DNA of 63,060 nt, counting the filler, from Octopus bimaculoides (taxonomy: Eukaryota): assembly GCF_001194135.2 (NCBI RefSeq). It is 5 parts of 3 records of this genome, joined end to end, with 100 filler letters (N's around TTAATTAATTAA, not from the genome) between each part and the next. Parts side by side here need not be neighbours in the genome. Positions count along the whole stretch, not along the records: positions 1 to 24,031 come from NC_068981.1; positions 24,132 to 39,027 come from NC_068981.1; 3 more parts are not named here. One strand, given 5' to 3'. The notes beneath the pieces are model-generated. The model was not told the origin of the DNA. It saw only the letters and a list, made by a program, of their open reading frames with translations, and did no database searches. Both the position numbers and the translations under genes were made by a program. Below, piece after piece: positions 12,746 through 25,919 of this stretch; position 1 is the first letter of the stretch, and each line of letters starts with the position of its first letter.

Positions 12746-13524
12746 CCCAAGGACTGTAAAATTAAAGGAATATACATGCATAGATGCACATGCATATCAT
12801 TATTGATAATGTGTCTTGAAATGAATACAGCAATAAATAATAGAATATAAAGATACTGGAATAAAAAACAAAGTCTGTTGGACAGGAAAAGGGTGGAAAT
12901 CTGTCTGTGAGACTTTAACAGTGCTCCTTCTATAATTATGTATATAGATATATACATAAACATACATAAAAAATTGTGTATTTTTACACTTTTGTATGTA
13001 TGGACGTATCCACATAGAATACAGGAAGTTTTTATGTTATAAAATAGTCATGAATTCAACTTGTAGTGAAAGTACTTGCAATTTAAGGGAATCTAAAAAT
13101 TTTTGACAACCACTTAGAGTTAATTCAAAAAGTCTATAAAGCTGCTTCTCTCTGGTGAGATGCAGTTCTCATTTAATCTTTTCCCAAATCATAAAAGTTG
13201 CAATGATTATCATTTTAAATTCCACTGTGTATATTTCATGCACTATTTATGAACACTAATATAAAACTGTTTTACTCACTAATATGAATTTACAAAAAGT
13301 TATTTTCTTTTTTTTATTTATTTATTTATCTCAAAATATTTAACCAATAATCGCAAGTAATTGAGTTTGTATAAGTTTATCATCTATGGATAAGTGTACG
13401 TGTAAGGATTAAATCAATAACAAAGTAGACAGATATTACTGACATATCAAAAAGTAATTTTCACTGATTATTTTTCCTTTATCGAAATATACATACATAT
13501 ATACATATACATATGCATACATAC

Positions 13525-13570
<46 letters not shown>

Positions 13571-14589
13571 GTGCAAAGCTAAAAGAAAAGACAAGATATA
13601 AATTGAAAATTAATTTTCAAGTAAAAGAAATGTCTTAAAACAAGAAAAGCAAGATAAAAATTAGTTGATCAACAGAATTTGTTGTAAGATAAGTTCTATA
13701 AATGATTAGACAAAATAACAAATAAATCAGAAAGTAAAAATAACATTTATTAGAAAACTATAAATGAGATCCAGTGATGTAACAGTGAAAGCCATGTATA
13801 ATGTTGAATCAATAGGAAACATTTCTACTGGCTAGAGGTTTAATAATCTTTAAGTCACGAACAGCACTGGACTGTCTCTGTCTCTCTCTCTGACAAAATC
13901 ATTTAATTTGTAGCCCATTTAGCTGCAATTAGGCACTATGAGCAAGTATAAGTCACCAATCTACTTTTTTCTTTTTAGACTTTTTAGTTAAGGAATGAAA
14001 GGCAATGACTATGAACTTTTATTTTGTTTGGGGGGTCTCTGGGACTGGTGGGAGGAAGGAAGTAAGGAATCCTCAAACTGGAGACTTGAACACTGCAACA
14101 CTTGCAACAGAGCAAACTCTACTAACTGAGTGAGCTTCTCTCAGGGAACAGATGAAAGCATTAAACTGTGTAGATTGAGTCTTCCATTCAGGAATTCAGA
14201 ACACAAGGATCTAGAATAAACAGTGAAAGGCAAAGCTAATTTTGGCATGATTTGAATTCAGAGTGCTCAGATCTGGAGAAAATACCTCAAGGCATTTTGT
14301 CCTAGTCTCTACTGATTCTACCATTTCATTGTCTATTGTAAGTCACTGCCTATAATTATAAGATGTTGTGTAATAGACAAGCATTTTGTTAGCTTGAAAC
14401 ACTTGTTGAAAAACACTGGTCATAAAGCCATGATAATTGTTTGCATTTGAAGCACAAGTCCTTCTAAGAGTAAAGCATATCAAAGGGGTGCAAAACGCCT
14501 CTCAACCATTCAACATCATAAAAACTGAGATAATAATAAATATCATGAGTTGGAAAAATCACAGTAGTTACTAACCTTAAGCAAAATTT

Positions 14590-15040
14590 AAATGAGATCT
14601 ACATTGGAATACTATGACAATATCTGAGCTGTGTTGCTACTACATTTACAAACACCCTGAATAACACCCACTAGAAAACTGACTGATTCATTGACTACTC
14701 CCTATCACACTCCAAATTCACGTCTGCCAACATGCTGTCTCTCTATTCTGCTTTTTTCTACCACTACAATAGTAACCATGGGTCTACTACTGCCATTACT
14801 TCAGTTGCTTCATTCAGGCTCAGCTCACTTGTCCAATCTTTTTTCATCACATATATTCTTTACTCCTTCCAAAAACCCTACACTATCCATTATACACTAT
14901 CTGCCTTATGTAGGATGTTAATCCTCTGGAATTCCTTCCCTATCCATGTTTTTTCTTGTACCCCTTTTCCTTTCCCCTGTCAACTTGCAGCTGTTCTAAA
15001 AGCTCATCGATCTCACCAGTCACAGAAGTCCATGTGCAAC
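14590..15040 (+). pseudogene. CR1/L2-group LINE RT C-terminal fragment
   Basis: Decayed ..QxRSTLEYY.. followed by SLFYHYNSNHG.....RMLILWNSFPIHVFS, typical of the LWNSLP end motif of CR1-group LINEs. Confidence 0.55.
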
Positions 15041-15519
15041 GCAACCCTCATCTTCCTATTTAAAGAAAAAATTAATGTCACATTAACTCTTCTGCCCCTC
15101 CACTTAAATATAGGGTTTTTCTGATGGATCCAAAATTAATCAATATGTTATTTAATGGGGTTCTTTTGTTTACTATAATAAAATATTTTTATGACATGCT
15201 TTTATGGGATGAAATGAAAAGTATTTTATATGATTGTTATTAAATGTTTTATGCAATACCATTAAACATTTTTTATTTTGTAAATATTTCTTTATCATTT
15301 CTTTATTCATTGTTTCATATCTCTAAATGAATTAATGTAAAAAGAATCTCATTGCATTGCGTAATATATTATCAAGTTTGAATCATTTGTAAATGACAAC
15401 AACAATAATAATAATTTCTATAGATGATATACATTTCTAACACATTAACAATGATGATGATGATGATGATAGCAATGACAATGATGAAGAAGATAACAGC
15501 AACAACAACTGCAATAATA

Positions 15520-16510
15520 ATAATGATTTCAAATTTTGGCTCAAGGCCAAAAATTTTGGGTGAACTGATAAGTTGATTACATCAACCCCAGTGTTCAACT
15601 GGTGCTTATTTTATCAATCCTGAAAGGATGAAAGGCAAAGGTGATCTAGGTAGAATTAATAATAATTATAATAATAATAATCCTTTCTACTACAGACACA
15701 AGACCTGAAATTTTAGGAGATGGGGCTAGTCAATTACATACTTATTTTGTCAATTCCAAAAGGATGAAAGACAAAATTGACCTCGGTGGAATTTTAACTC
15801 ACAATGCCACTAAGTATTTTGTCTGGTGTGCTAACAATTCTGCCAGCTTACTGCTTCAATAATACTAATAATAATAATTCTTTATACTGTAGGCACAAGG
15901 CCTGAAATTTTTAGTGGGAGGAGGTTGGGCAATTACATCAGCCCCATTGCTCAAATAGTTTTTCTTTTTTGACCTTGAATAATAAGGATAATAATAATAA
16001 TAATAATAATCCTTTCTACAATAGGTACAAGGCCTGAAATTTTGTGGGAGGGAACTTAATCTATCAATCCTAAATGGATGAAAAGCAAAGTTGACCTTGG
16101 CAGAATAAATTACCTTTTCTACTATAGGCATAAGGCCTGTATTTTGGGGAAGGGGACTAGTCGATTGCATTGACCCCAATGTTTCACTGGTACTTAATTT
16201 ATCAACCATGAAAGAATGAAAGGCAAAGTTGACTTCGGTGAAATTTGAACTCAGAACATAGTGATGGCCGAAATACTGCTAAGCATTTCGTTCAGCATGC
16301 TAATGATTCTAATGGCTTCTGATTTAGTCATAATGCCAACAATTTGGAAGGGAGGTGGGGTTAGTCACTACCACCAACCCCAGTACTTAACTGATACATT
16401 ATCTTTTGGGCTCCAACTCATGAAAAGTAGCATTGACATCAGTAGTATTTGAACCCAGAACATAAGGAGCTAGAACAAATTTATTTTGGTACTCTAACAA
16501 TTCCACCAAG
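15520..16510 (-). mobile_element. Stack of about six family C SINE fragments separated by (AAT)n
   Basis: Repeated ggcacaaggcctgaaatttt...aaaggatgaaaggcaaag(t/g)tgac...gaatttgaactcagaa motifs at ~15530, 15690, 15885, 16015, 16120 and 16330. Confidence 0.8.
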
Positions 16511-16524
16511 CCATCATTCTCAAT

Positions 16525-16531
16525 AATGATG

Positions 16532-16598
<67 letters not shown>

Positions 16599-16637
16599 TA
16601 ATAATAATAATAATAATAATAATGATAATAATTATAA
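16525..16637. repeat. (AAT)n microsatellite
   Basis: Direct reading. Confidence 0.95.
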
Positions 16638-16689
16638 CTAGCTGGACCTGTGAAAAATTCACGGAAAACATTAAAAATGTAAGCATCTG

Positions 16690-16882
16690 TAAACAATGTA
16701 CTGGTGCCATGAGAAATGTTTGCATATTATGATCATCTGTTTTTATGTTCTCAGTTCAAATTCTGCCGAGGTCGACTTTACTTTTCGTCCTTTCGGGGTC
16801 GATAAATTAAGTACCAGCTGTGTACTGGGGTTGTTCTAATCAACTGGGCCCTCCTCCCCACAAAAATTTCATGCCTAGAAAA
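16690..16882 (+). mobile_element. Family C SINE, sense orientation
   Basis: cagttcaaattctgccgaggtcgactttacttttcgtcctttcggggtcgataaattaagtaccag. Confidence 0.85.
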
Positions 16883-17057
16883 GTATATTGTGACAGTTAC
16901 AGAATATAGAAAGTAATGTAATACCTAAAACTATATAATCCAACCAAAATATCTGTTACACAACCGTAAACGGAATTACTATTTAACCTTAAAATACATC
17001 GTACATATTCAAAGAACCTTCTTGGTTTAGTGGTACAGAACGTTTTTCTGGTATTCT

Positions 17058-17288
17058 TTTATTCTTTTACTTGTTTCAGTCATTTGACGGTGGCCATGCT
17101 GGGGCACAACCCTTTAGTCGAAGAAATTGACCCCTGGACTTATTCCCTGTAAGCCTGGTGCTTATTCTATCAGTCTCTGCTGCTGAGCAGCTAAATTACA
17201 GGGACACAAACACACCAACATCAGTTGTCAAGCAATGGTGGTGGTGGGACAAACACAGACACAAACACACACATACATNNNNNNNNNN

Positions 17289-17332
<44 letters not shown>

Positions 17333-17339
17333 CGGGCTT
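17058..17339 (-). mobile_element. Family A SINE second half plus internal microsatellite; head replaced by Helitron sequence
   Basis: tttacttgtttcagtcatttgac...gggacaaacacagacac, then a (TA)n tract, then only gacgggctt of the head. Confidence 0.8.
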
Positions 17340-17503
17340 GGGGGTAGTGGTGATGCTGTCTGGTGTGATTTTGTGGTTTGCTGGTATGCCGAGAGAGATC
17401 CAGCAGGCCGGTAACTGGTTCCCCGATCTTAAAGGTGTAATGTGGACATGTAATGCTAGAGCGGCTGGTCTGCTGGTGGTGCTAGCTGGTGCGGTGGTCT
17501 TCC

Positions 17504-18270
17504 TCACAGCACTTCATGGTAGACAATATTTTGTATGTATGTCACACCACATTTTTGGCCTTGTCTCTTATCCCAATTGAGTGTCATAACTCTTACTTTG
17601 ATATTGTTCATAGCTTGTGCTCTTGAAAATGTGACATAATTGGCCATGAGAAAATACCGGTTGAGGCAAATGTATTCCAACTTTTTCAAATGTTTGCCCT
17701 TGAGTCTTATTAACTGTTATTGAATATGCAAGTCGAAGACAAAACTGATGTCTGTTTAGTGTGAATGGAATATCTGCATCATTTGAGCTAAGTTTAATTC
17801 TGGGAATTAGAACTGTACAACCTCTGTTGGAGCCTGTTATCAATGATGCTTCTATACAATGCTCATGAAGTTTTTGCACTTTCATGCGAGTTCCATTACA
17901 TAATCCTTGACTGATTGAAAGATTTCTTAGCAGCATTACAATAGCCCCTACTTTTAAGTTGAGGTGATGAGAAGGCATACGGGATGGAGTGAGTGAGTTT
18001 ATGAATTCAAATGGAAAGTTCTGAACCTCCTCTTCATTATTGTAGGACACTGAGTCTGTGCTTGAGTACGTTTTAAGTGCCTCTTGTATAATATTAAGAA
18101 CTTTTTCATTTATTGCAAGATAGTCAGAATTTTTAGGAGATAAAATTACTTGTTTTTCCATTTCGTCTGGCGTGCAGTTGTTGAAAATTTCTGGGTACAA
18201 ATGTATAAATTGAAATGCAAAAGAATGGAATAATAAATGGATTTATGAATACAAGTTTGATAATCGTGTT
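17504..18270 (-). pseudogene. Helitron RepHel PIF1-type helicase C-terminal fragment (copy 1)
   Basis: LNLKVGAIVMLLRNLSISQGLCNGTRM...RHQFCLRLAYSITVNKTQGQTFEKVGIHL..VFSHGQL; the frameshifted end is NIVYHEVL*. Confidence 0.92.
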
Positions 18271-18821
18271 TATTTCCACCATGTGACACTTATTATTGCA
18301 AACATGTTTTAACCAACCTATACTATACACACACACAAATACATCCATATATATATGTCTCAAGTTGCAGCTGTAATTCAAAGGGGCCAGCCTTGTCATA
18401 TTCTTTGTGAGGCTGAATCTCCCTGAGAACTATGTTAATGTTATGCACACCTTTGGAGTACTCAGCTATTTGTGAGTTAATTTTATCTTCATGTGGTAAT
18501 GAAAAGTGAAATTGACAGCCAATATTTGCTGTGTCTATGTATCTATGTATGAAGTTTGCTTTGGATTTATGTATCTACTGTCTCTCTTACTTTCTTTTTT
18601 TCTCTTTCACTTCCTTTGTGTCCCTCTTCTCTACTGCTTTTAATTTAACAATGTGTATATGTATCTATTTATCTACTTCTCTTGCGATGTGATAAACATT
18701 TAAAAACACAAAACAAACACCGTCACACAGTAATAACTAATGATGTAATGTCTCAATTATGCAATTAAAAAACTTGTTGGAAACAGCTGTAGTGAATTGA
18801 CACATTATCCATGTATTGTTT

Positions 18822-18855
<34 letters not shown>

Positions 18856-19029
18856 TAAGTGGACAAATGAAAGAAGGACATTCAACACATTTATTGGGAG
18901 TTACATGTATAGGTCAAAAGAGTTTGATTCAAATACCTTAGTATTTTAAGTTTCAAGGTACGATACTAATTCTTAGCTATTGAACAAGGATAACCATCAC
19001 ACTTTGAAACTTAGAGTACCAAGGTATTT

Positions 19030-19452
19030 GAATTGTGGATGAGTTCCTTTTGAGTGTTGGGCCTCACAGAGGTGAGGTGGCTGAATTCAAGGAGGTGAGG
19101 TGGCTGAGTTTTTTTCAAGCATTGGGCCTCATGGAGGCAAAGTAGCTGAGTTCCTTTCGAATGTTGGGCCTCACAGAGGCAAGGACAAAGGTCTTTAGCA
19201 TTATGTTATGCTTGAGAAGAAGACCCATCAAGCCAAGCGAAATCGTAGTCATGCAAATGGCACTCATGCCGGTGGCACATAAAAGCACCTTGTTACACTC
19301 TTGGAGTGGTTGGCATTAGGAAGGATATCCAGCCATAGAAAAGCATGCCAAATCAGATTGGAGCCTGGTGTAGCCTTCCAGCATGCCAGCCCAGTCAGAC
19401 CATCCAACCCATGCCAACATGGACAATGGACATTAAATTATGATGATGATGA
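19030..19452 (+). mobile_element. RTE LINE 3'UTR (B2) with internal ~40-bp tandem units
   Basis: Units gagttcctttt(c/g)ag..ttgggcctca..gagg..ggtggct x3, then a B2 tail ending (gat)n. Confidence 0.8.
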
Positions 19453-19458
19453 TGCTGA

Positions 19459-19494
<36 letters not shown>

Positions 19495-19790
19495 TCATCA
19501 TCGTCGTTTAACGTCCGCTTTCCATGCTAGCATGGGTTGGACGATTTGACTGAGGACTGGTGAAACCAGATGGCTACACCAGGCTCCAATCTCATTTGGC
19601 AGAGTTTCTACAGCTGGATGCCCTTCCTAACGCCAACCGCTCTGAGAGTGTAGTGGGTGCTTTTACGTGCCACCGGCACGAAAGCCAGTCAGGCGGAACT
19701 GGCAACAGCCATGCTTTAAATGGTGTATTTTATGTGCCACCCGCACAAGAGCCAGTCCAGGGGCACTGGAAACGATCTTGCTCGAAAGTC
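19495..19790 (-). mobile_element. RTE LINE 3'UTR (B1), tail-to-tail with the previous copy
   Basis: Reverse complement of the B1 consensus. The two tails are joined through (TA)n. Confidence 0.88.
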
Positions 19791-20503
19791 CATTACAAGT
19801 CATACATACTTAGTGAATGTGTTTTGTTTATACACCAAATTTGCTGTGGGATGGCATCCAGGGAAGCTCTCTTCATGACACTGAGTGTTAAAAAACATCC
19901 AAATGTTTCAGACCAGGTGAGACAACCTGCTTTGGAATCATCAAGATCAAGACACTGATATTTTACCATTTTTGTGGCTTAGCAATACAATGTACACAGA
20001 TTATCTGGAAATAAAGATTGTCTGGAAATATGGTCTATGACTCATATGCAAATAGAGTGAAGTCTAATTACTGATGTACTGTGGCATAGCACATCTGAAA
20101 GAAAATTAAATTAGGAATACAAAGCAACTCCAGTAATGTTAACATTATCAGAGTTGCACATATGTTGTGTATGTGTTTTGTTTATGCACCAAATTTGTTG
20201 TAGAATATTGTTTAGGGAAAACACATAGAAAAAATAAATACTATGTGTGACTGATAATTTTTCTATCACTAGAGTTGCTTTTAATTCCTTATTTAATTCT
20301 CTTTCACATGTGCTATGCTACAGCACATCAGCAAATAAACTTCACTGTATCGGTATGTAAGCCACAGACCAGCAATTCACTTTGTTTTAAAATGATCCAA
20401 GTACATGATATTGAAAAACCACTAAAAATACTTTAGTGAGAACGATACTTGTTGCCTTTCAGTTGTAAATTGTGAACAGCCACCTTAATAATTTATATAT
20501 ATC

Positions 20504-20550
<47 letters not shown>

Positions 20551-20742
20551 ATGCATATCACCATCACCATCATCATCCAGTGTTTTAAATCTGGGTTTTG
20601 CCTCCATTAATGGGGTTGGCCAAATCTACCTCAATGTTATAGCAACCAAGGTAGGCAGGTGAAGACCACCCCAACCTTTGGGCTGGCTGGCTGATACCCA
20701 TTCTCCTTTGCTATCATCAGGCTTTTTTGGATGACTGTTTAA

Positions 20743-21686
20743 TTAATCACAATATCCAGTTCACAATAGAATACAGCCACAAGTAACTACCCTTCCTGGG
20801 CATCTTAATCCTAAAAAGAGATACTGAAATTGAAACCGACATCTTCTTCAAACCAATGGACTCAAAACAGTATCTTCTATTCTCCTCCTGCAACTCAAAA
20901 CATACTAAAATAAATATACCATTCAACTTAGAAGAAAAATTTGCACGATTGCATCAAATTCTGAAACCCGAGAGAAGCAACTCCAAGAACTTAAAAACAA
21001 ATTAGTAGATAGAAAATATTCAGCTAGTCTAATCAAAAATGGAATAAAACATGCAAAAATGATATACATCCAAGCATTATGGAAAACAAGAAAGCATTAT
21101 GACACACTTAAAACTTTATCTTACATATCAACACACAACATGAGGAACATGGAAGCATACAACATCATCCACCAGCAATACTCCTCCTTATGAAAGACCT
21201 GTGAATGAAAAGGTCACTGGATTATTAAAAGCAAGAGACAACTGCAATCCCTAAAAAGGTTACTCACCAGCACCAAATTACCCACCAAAAATACAACCCC
21301 ACTAGTCAAAAAGTGCAACTGCCCTAACTGTGGGATTTGCATCTTCCTCTTAGAGGGCTCAAAATACAAATTTAAGTTAGGTCAAATAATCACTTCACCT
21401 GTGCTTCGAAGAACTTAATCTATATTCTCAAATGTGGAGGGTGTGGTGGAGACTACATAGGCCAAACTAATTTAACCTTGAGGGACAGGCTAATGGTACA
21501 CAGGCAACAGATCCAGGACCTCATGACCAGGAAAATTCCCATAAGCAAACACCTAGACCAAACATAAACCCTAAATACCAAATCTTCCCTCTTTATCAAT
21601 GCACCAGAAATACTTCAATGCAATTCCATTTAAATAAGGAAAGTATACTCATTAAAAGATATAGACCACAGCTGAATATCCTTTAG
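20743..21686 (+). pseudogene. Penelope-like element: RT thumb plus GIY-YIG endonuclease relic
   Basis: INHNIQFTIE....LPFLGILI....IETDIFFKPMDSKQYLLFSSC..KHTKINIPFNL; later TCASKNLIYILKCGGCGGDYIGQTNLTLRDRLMVHRQQI. Confidence 0.88.
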
Positions 21687-22448
21687 AAAGAAGAAAAAAC
21701 ACTAAAGAGAAAAAGGAAAAAGACTCAATTTCTCCACAAAAAATACAACCAGGTGCAACAGATAATTTAAAAACTTTAGTGACAGTCTTCCACCTGGGTT
21801 TTGTAACCGCAAATCCAATTCACCATACAATAACACTATACAAACACCAGTTGCTGATGTCACCGAACTCTAGACCAATGAAATTTTACCTCCAATCAAA
21901 ACTGAACTTCAGCAAATACAACAAAATGACCCCTTAAGAGAATCAACCAACTGGAACAGCTGATGACTGTTCTCTACAGGGAAGCCAACCAAGCAGAATG
22001 ACAAACTTGACCACCAAAAAACAAGACGCCACCAGTACTTTAATGAATCAAAAATCAGATCTGTTCGCGGAAAATACTATAAATACACTGGATTCCAATA
22101 AACGCTGTTACAAATGAAAGTTCCTGCACATGACAGAAAGAGAATCACAGAAACTGTAAACCAAACCCTTTTTTTACCATCTTCATTTCTTCCTTGTTTT
22201 TCTCCCTCTTAACTCAGTATGACTGAAACTTTGATGATATTCATTTCTTGTCGATCACTCCTGACACTATTGAATTTTGTGCATTTAAACAAGTTGAGCA
22301 ACAGTTTTCATATTATTGATTGTTATGAACATTTAAAATTGTCAACATTGTTGAAACTAGTTTGGTATATATGTTAATAGATTTATTTAAAAACAATTAC
22401 AATTTTTTCAAATTTAGGTGCATTTTCAACAACAAAGTTGCCTATATA

Positions 22449-22515
<67 letters not shown>

Positions 22516-22611
22516 ATAGGTGAGATGGCAGAATTGTTAGCATGCCGGATGAAATGCTTATCATTATTCTGTCTGTTGCTATGTTCTAAGTACATATTCT
22601 GGTCAACTTTT

Positions 22612-22776
22612 ATAGGCACAGGTATGGCTGTGTGGTAAGAAGCTTGCTTCCCAACCACATGGTTTTGGGTTCAGTCACACTGCATGGCATCTTGGGCAAG
22701 TGTCTTCTACAATAGCCTTGGGATGACCAAAGGATTGTGAGTGGATTTGGCTGATGGAAACTGAAAGAAGCTCATC

Positions 22777-22780
<4 letters not shown>
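22612..22780 (+). mobile_element. Family A SINE head followed by (TA)n and a gap
   Basis: taggcacaggtatggctgtgtggtaagaagcttg...gggttcagtcacactg...cttgggcaagtgtcttctac. Confidence 0.85.
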
Positions 22781-22814
<34 letters not shown>

Positions 22815-23065
22815 NNNNNNNNNNNNNNNNNNNNNNNNNNNNNNNNNNNNNNNNNNNNNNNNNNNNNNNNNNNNNNNNNNNNNNNNNNNNNNNNNNNNNN
22901 NNNNNNNNNNNNNNNNNNNNNNNNNNNNNNNNNNNNNNNNNNNNNNNNNNNNNNNNNNNNNNNNNNNNNNNNNNNNNNNNNNNNNNNNNNNNNNNNNNNN
23001 NNNNNNNNNNNNNNNNNNNNNNNNNNNNNNNNAAAAAAAAATAAAAGAAAAAGGGAATAAAAGAA

Positions 23066-23100
<35 letters not shown>

Positions 23101-23672
23101 ATAAAGTTGGTCATCTTCTGTTGGTTGTTTTTTCCTCGCATTAGGTACCAGATGTGGTTATTTTGAGAAGTCCACTGTGTGGCGTTATTATTTTTCTGTA
23201 ATAATGCCCTTTATATAAATATATTTATATATATGTATGTATATATGTATGTATATTTTCTTGTGTTATGTGAGAGTCATTACACCAATACTAATAATGA
23301 ATGCACAGATTCAGTTCCACTTCTTTATTATTAGTCAATTAGCTAAATATCTAACCAGCTATCTAATTGATCATTTTTTTAACATGCTTGTTAAACAATC
23401 AATCAGCTGCTTCTTTTTTGTTGCAAACAGCAGTGAAAGAACTTTGACACACAAAGAAGCAATTGATTGTTTAAACTAACACATTAAACAAACAATCAAT
23501 TAATTAGTTAGTTGGTTAATTATTTAACCAATCAATTAATAATAAAGAAGTGGAATTGAACCTGTGCATGTGTTATTATTATTGACGTAATGACTCACCC
23601 AAGACACAACAAAACTTGTTTCAACACATGAATTCACACAATGGATCTTGCAAACAAATTACAAAAGGGAAA

Positions 23673-23709
<37 letters not shown>

Positions 23710-23713
23710 ACAT

Positions 23714-23875
23714 ATAGGCGTAAGTATGGCTGTGTGGTAAGAAGCTTGCTTTCCAACCATATGGTTCCGGGTTCAGTCCTACAGTGTGGCACATTGGGCA
23801 AGTGACTTCTACTATAGCCTTGGGCTGACCAAAGCCCTGTGAGTGGATTTAGTAGATGGACATTGAAAGAAGCCT
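23714..23875 (+). mobile_element. Family A SINE head
   Basis: Same head consensus. Confidence 0.85.
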
Positions 23876-23999
23876 GGGGGTGAATGTCATTGTTTTATCC
23901 TCTTCCATATATATGTATATATATATGTAGATAGATAGATAGATAGATGGAAAAATAGCTAGATAGATATGTATATACATACATATATATATAGAGGTA

Positions 24000-24031
<32 letters not shown>

Positions 24032-24131
24032 NNNNNNNNNNNNNNNNNNNNNNNNNNNNNNNNNNNNNNNNNNNNTTAATTAATTAANNNNNNNNNNNNN
24101 NNNNNNNNNNNNNNNNNNNNNNNNNNNNNNN
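24032..24131. other. Assembly gap marker: 44 N + TTAATTAATTAA + 44 N (also 39028-39127, 59366-59465, ~61269-61368)
   Basis: Identical 100-bp layout four times. The 12-mer is palindromic and gives a stop codon in all six frames. Confidence 0.95.
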
Positions 24132-24231
24132 ATCCATACACGTTAGTACGCAAAAATATTTTTTGTTTTGTCAATGGCTTTTCGGGAATTAAACGACAGT
24201 GTTTAGAGAAGCTAATTTATAAGTTACATAT

Positions 24232-24530
24232 AGCAAGGCGCATGAGGTAGTGAGTTCGATTCTCGGACCGGTCTGTGTTTTATGTTCTAGTGTGAGACAC
24301 TTTATTTCACGTTGCTCCAGTTCACTCAGCTGTAGAAATGAATTGCGATGTCATTGGTGCCAAGCAGTATCGGCCTTCGCCTTTCCCTTCAATAACATTG
24401 GTGGTGTGGAGAGGTGAAACAGGCATGCATGGCCGACTGCTGGTCTTCCATAAACAAACTTGCCTGGACTTGTACCTAGGAGAGGAGCTTTCTAGGTGCA
24501 ATCCCATGGTCCTTCATGACCGAAGAAGGT
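24232..24530 (+). mobile_element. tRNA-derived SINE with CORE-like central domain (family D)
   Basis: B-box gagttcgattctc, then gtgtgagacactttatttcacgttgctccagttcactcagctgtagaaatg. The central domain is shared with 53041-53295 and 58445-58620. Confidence 0.7.
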
Positions 24531-24825
24531 TTTTGCAAAAAGGAAAGAAGGAAAATTATATTTACAAATCTATATGTGTGTGCGTGTATGTGTGTATGCG
24601 CGTATTTTAGATGAGTGATTTGTTTGGAAAAGTGACATGTTTCTTTCAACATATGTAGCTTGCTGGCATAATTGTTTTGCTAAAAAATTTGACAATATTA
24701 GGTATTTCTTATCCCAATATTCTTTAAGTAGCTTCGCCTCTCTGTAGAACTGGTATAGGTCTTAATTCAGTTCAAATGTATGTATGTATGTATGTATGTA
24801 TGTATGTATGTATGTATGTATGTAT

Positions 24826-25385
24826 AAAGCTCGCTGTGTGTGAAGCCTTTGATTTAACTGTCCTGCTATACGGATGCAAAACGTGGGTAACTAAAAGGCA
24901 TCATATTTGAGAAAGCTCACAGCACCAGTATTGAGAAAATTATCATTTTGAACTAGATGTGTCGGACTGGTTATGTTGTCAGGATAATAGACAGCAGGCT
25001 GTCCAAACAGATATTTCATGGGGAGCTGAGCAGAGGAGGAAGGTCTCTACAAAAAGTCATATAACCATTTAGGGATATCATAAAAGACAATCTAGAATTG
25101 ATATGGATATCTTAAAGATTTAAGGATATCATAAAAGACAATTTAGAATTGATATCGATATCTTAAAGATATTAGCTGAAAGCTGTACATCATGGAGAGA
25201 GACTATCAAGAACAGTTGTGAGATCTTTGAGCAAAAACGAATGGCACATGCTGCTTTGAAGTGTTCGCTCCATAAACGTGATCTAAGCGTAGTGACTGTA
25301 GAAATGCAGCAGAAATTGAAGTGCAATATGTGTGGACTATTTCTTTTCTCAAGAGCTGGGTTTGTCAGTCACATGAGCCAGGGGA
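24826..25385 (+). pseudogene. RTE-BovB LINE 3' coding fragment with C-terminal zinc finger
   Basis: LTVLLYGCKTWV...RLSKQIFHG.....FRDIIKDNL...CNMCGLFLFSRAGFVSHM. It contains a ~51-bp tandem duplication at ~25069-25171. Confidence 0.75.
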
Positions 25386-25699
25386 AATAGAGCTGATTGT
25401 GGGATGGCTCTGCTGTCACGCACTCTACAGTACATTTATACTGAAAACAGAAATAAGTGTCACATCTGTGAAGGTTCCTGCAGAACGAAAGCTTATTGAC
25501 GTGGAAAGTTGTAAATTTTTCTAATATCGAAATTCAATAAGCTGGAAAAAGTTATTTTATTGTTCACGGTTAGCAGCTGGGGTTGCTGTCTATGCGAATT
25601 AAGGTACCAAAATGGTGCCAAACTTGTTCCCCACTCTTCCCCCCTCTCCTCTTCTTTATTCTTATTCTTTTTCTTAACAACCTTCGACATTTTCCCACT

Positions 25700-25874
25700 G
25701 CGTAAGAGTGGCTGTGTGGTAAGTAGCTTGCATTACCAACCACATGGTTCCGGGTTCAGTCCAACTGCGTGGCACCTTGGGCAAGTGTCTTCTACTATAG
25801 CCTCGGGCCGACCAAAGCCTTGTGAGTGGATTTGGTGGACGGAAACTGAAAGAAGCCCGTCGTATATATATGTA

Positions 25875-25919
<45 letters not shown>

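Noticed and set aside
17158-17580. 140-aa ORF with hydrophobic segments
   Set aside because: It is a chimera of a SINE, (TA)n and the antisense Helitron 3' region.
24076-24087. Palindrome TTAATTAATTAA recurring four times inside gaps
   Set aside because: It is always centred between 44-N runs in a 100-bp block and stops all six frames. This is an assembly gap marker, not biology.
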